Assembly: GCA_963422645.2 (NCBI GenBank)
Contig: CAXXVO010000011.1
Location: 32,001-96,000 of the forward strand
Source: Alphaproteobacteria bacterium
GTDB lineage: Bacteria; Pseudomonadota; Alphaproteobacteria; UBA828
Length of the DNA: 64,000 nucleotides
Reading direction: 5' to 3'
Shown: positions 63,326-64,000 of the stretch, piece by piece
Layout: the number at the start of each line of letters is the position of its first letter
Position numbering within the stretch: the stretch's first letter is position 1
Program-made: the position numbers and the translations under genes
Notes under the pieces: generated by a model
What the model was told of the DNA's origin: nothing
Databases searched by the model: none
What the model saw: the letters and a program-made list of their open reading frames with translations, nothing else

Positions 63326-64000
63326 TCAGCCCTCTGCCGCCCGTGCGCCCGGAGCCGCGCCGGATACGGGCGCGAGTAGCGCCGCCGTCGCCGCCGCGAC
63401 ATCGGCCTGGCGCATCAGGGATTCGCCGACCAGGAAGCGGCGCACACCGAGCACCGTCATGCGCGCGATGTCGGCCGGGCCGTGCAGACCGCTTTCGCAG
63501 ACGATCGGCGGCCCGTCGGACGCGAGCGGCGCGAGGCGCTCGGTGGTTGCGAGATCGACCTCCAGGGTCTTCAGGTTGCGGTTGTTGATGCCGAGCAGCG
63601 AGGCCTCGAGCCCGAGCGCCCGCCAGAGCTCGTGCTCATCGTGGACCTCCACCAACGTGTCCATGCCGAACTCCGCTGCGGCTGAGGCGAGCTCGGCGGC
63701 CTGGTCGTCGCCGAGGGCAGCCATGATGAGCAGGATGCAGTCCGCGCCCAGCGCCCGCGCCTCCACCACCTGGTAGGGGTCGAGCATGAAATCCTTGCGC
63801 AGCAAGGGGAGAGAGACCGCCTCGTGTACCTCCGTGAGAAAGCGGTCTTCACCCTGGAAGTAGTCCTTGTCCGTCAGCACCGAGAGGCAGGCTGCGCCGC
63901 CGCCGGCATAGGCGGCGGCCAGCGCCGGCGGGTTGAAATCCGCACGGATCAGGCCCTTGCTCGGCGATGCCTTCTTGAGCTCGGCGATGAGCGCGGGGCG
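63326..64000 (-). CDS. trpC: Indole-3-glycerol phosphate synthase (5' end outside window)
   Basis: [44 protein letters not shown]. Confidence 0.96.
   Translation of the reverse strand, partial: RPALIAELKKASPSKGLIRADFNPPALAAAYAGGGAACLSVLTDKDYFQGEDRFLTEVHEAVSLPLLRKDFMLDPYQVVEARALGADCILLIMAALGDDQAAELASAAAEFGMDTLVEVHDEHELWRALGLEASLLGINNRNLKTLEVDLATTERLAPLASDGPPIVCESGLHGPADIARMTVLGVRRFLVGESLMRQADVAAATAALLAPVSGAAPGARAAEG

Overview
GC-rich alphaproteobacterial chromosome segment. The assignment rests on the bamD-recN-ligA and trpC-moaC-moeA order and a GTTC-N7-GTTC LexA-type box. Sel1, spondin and sulfotransferase genes plus heavy IS load suggest a host-associated lifestyle (inference). Housekeeping and catabolic genes are broken by two mobile-element pile-ups. 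(1) A fused hydantoinase A/B gene is split by a 9158-bp nested element (13228-22385; 16-bp TIRs, ACGAT duplication). Inside it are a Tn7/Mu-like TGT end, an IS66 carrying an adenine methyltransferase, phage-like cargo (2OG-Fe(II) oxygenase, (Pro-Thr)28 protein split by an IS4) and an IS21. An IS4 with a DUF4338/Mom-like domain follows downstream. (2) An island at about 36850-40755 holds an intact relative of the first IS (AACCT duplication), a truncated low-GC gene, a second copy of the first IS end and a 450-bp palindromic TGT...ACA element with Tn7-like termini. Other notable items are an orphan structured intergenic RNA candidate, a triple-Rid-domain protein and several decayed genes. No rRNA, tRNA or CRISPR array was seen. 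All family assignments come from motif reading; no database search was run.
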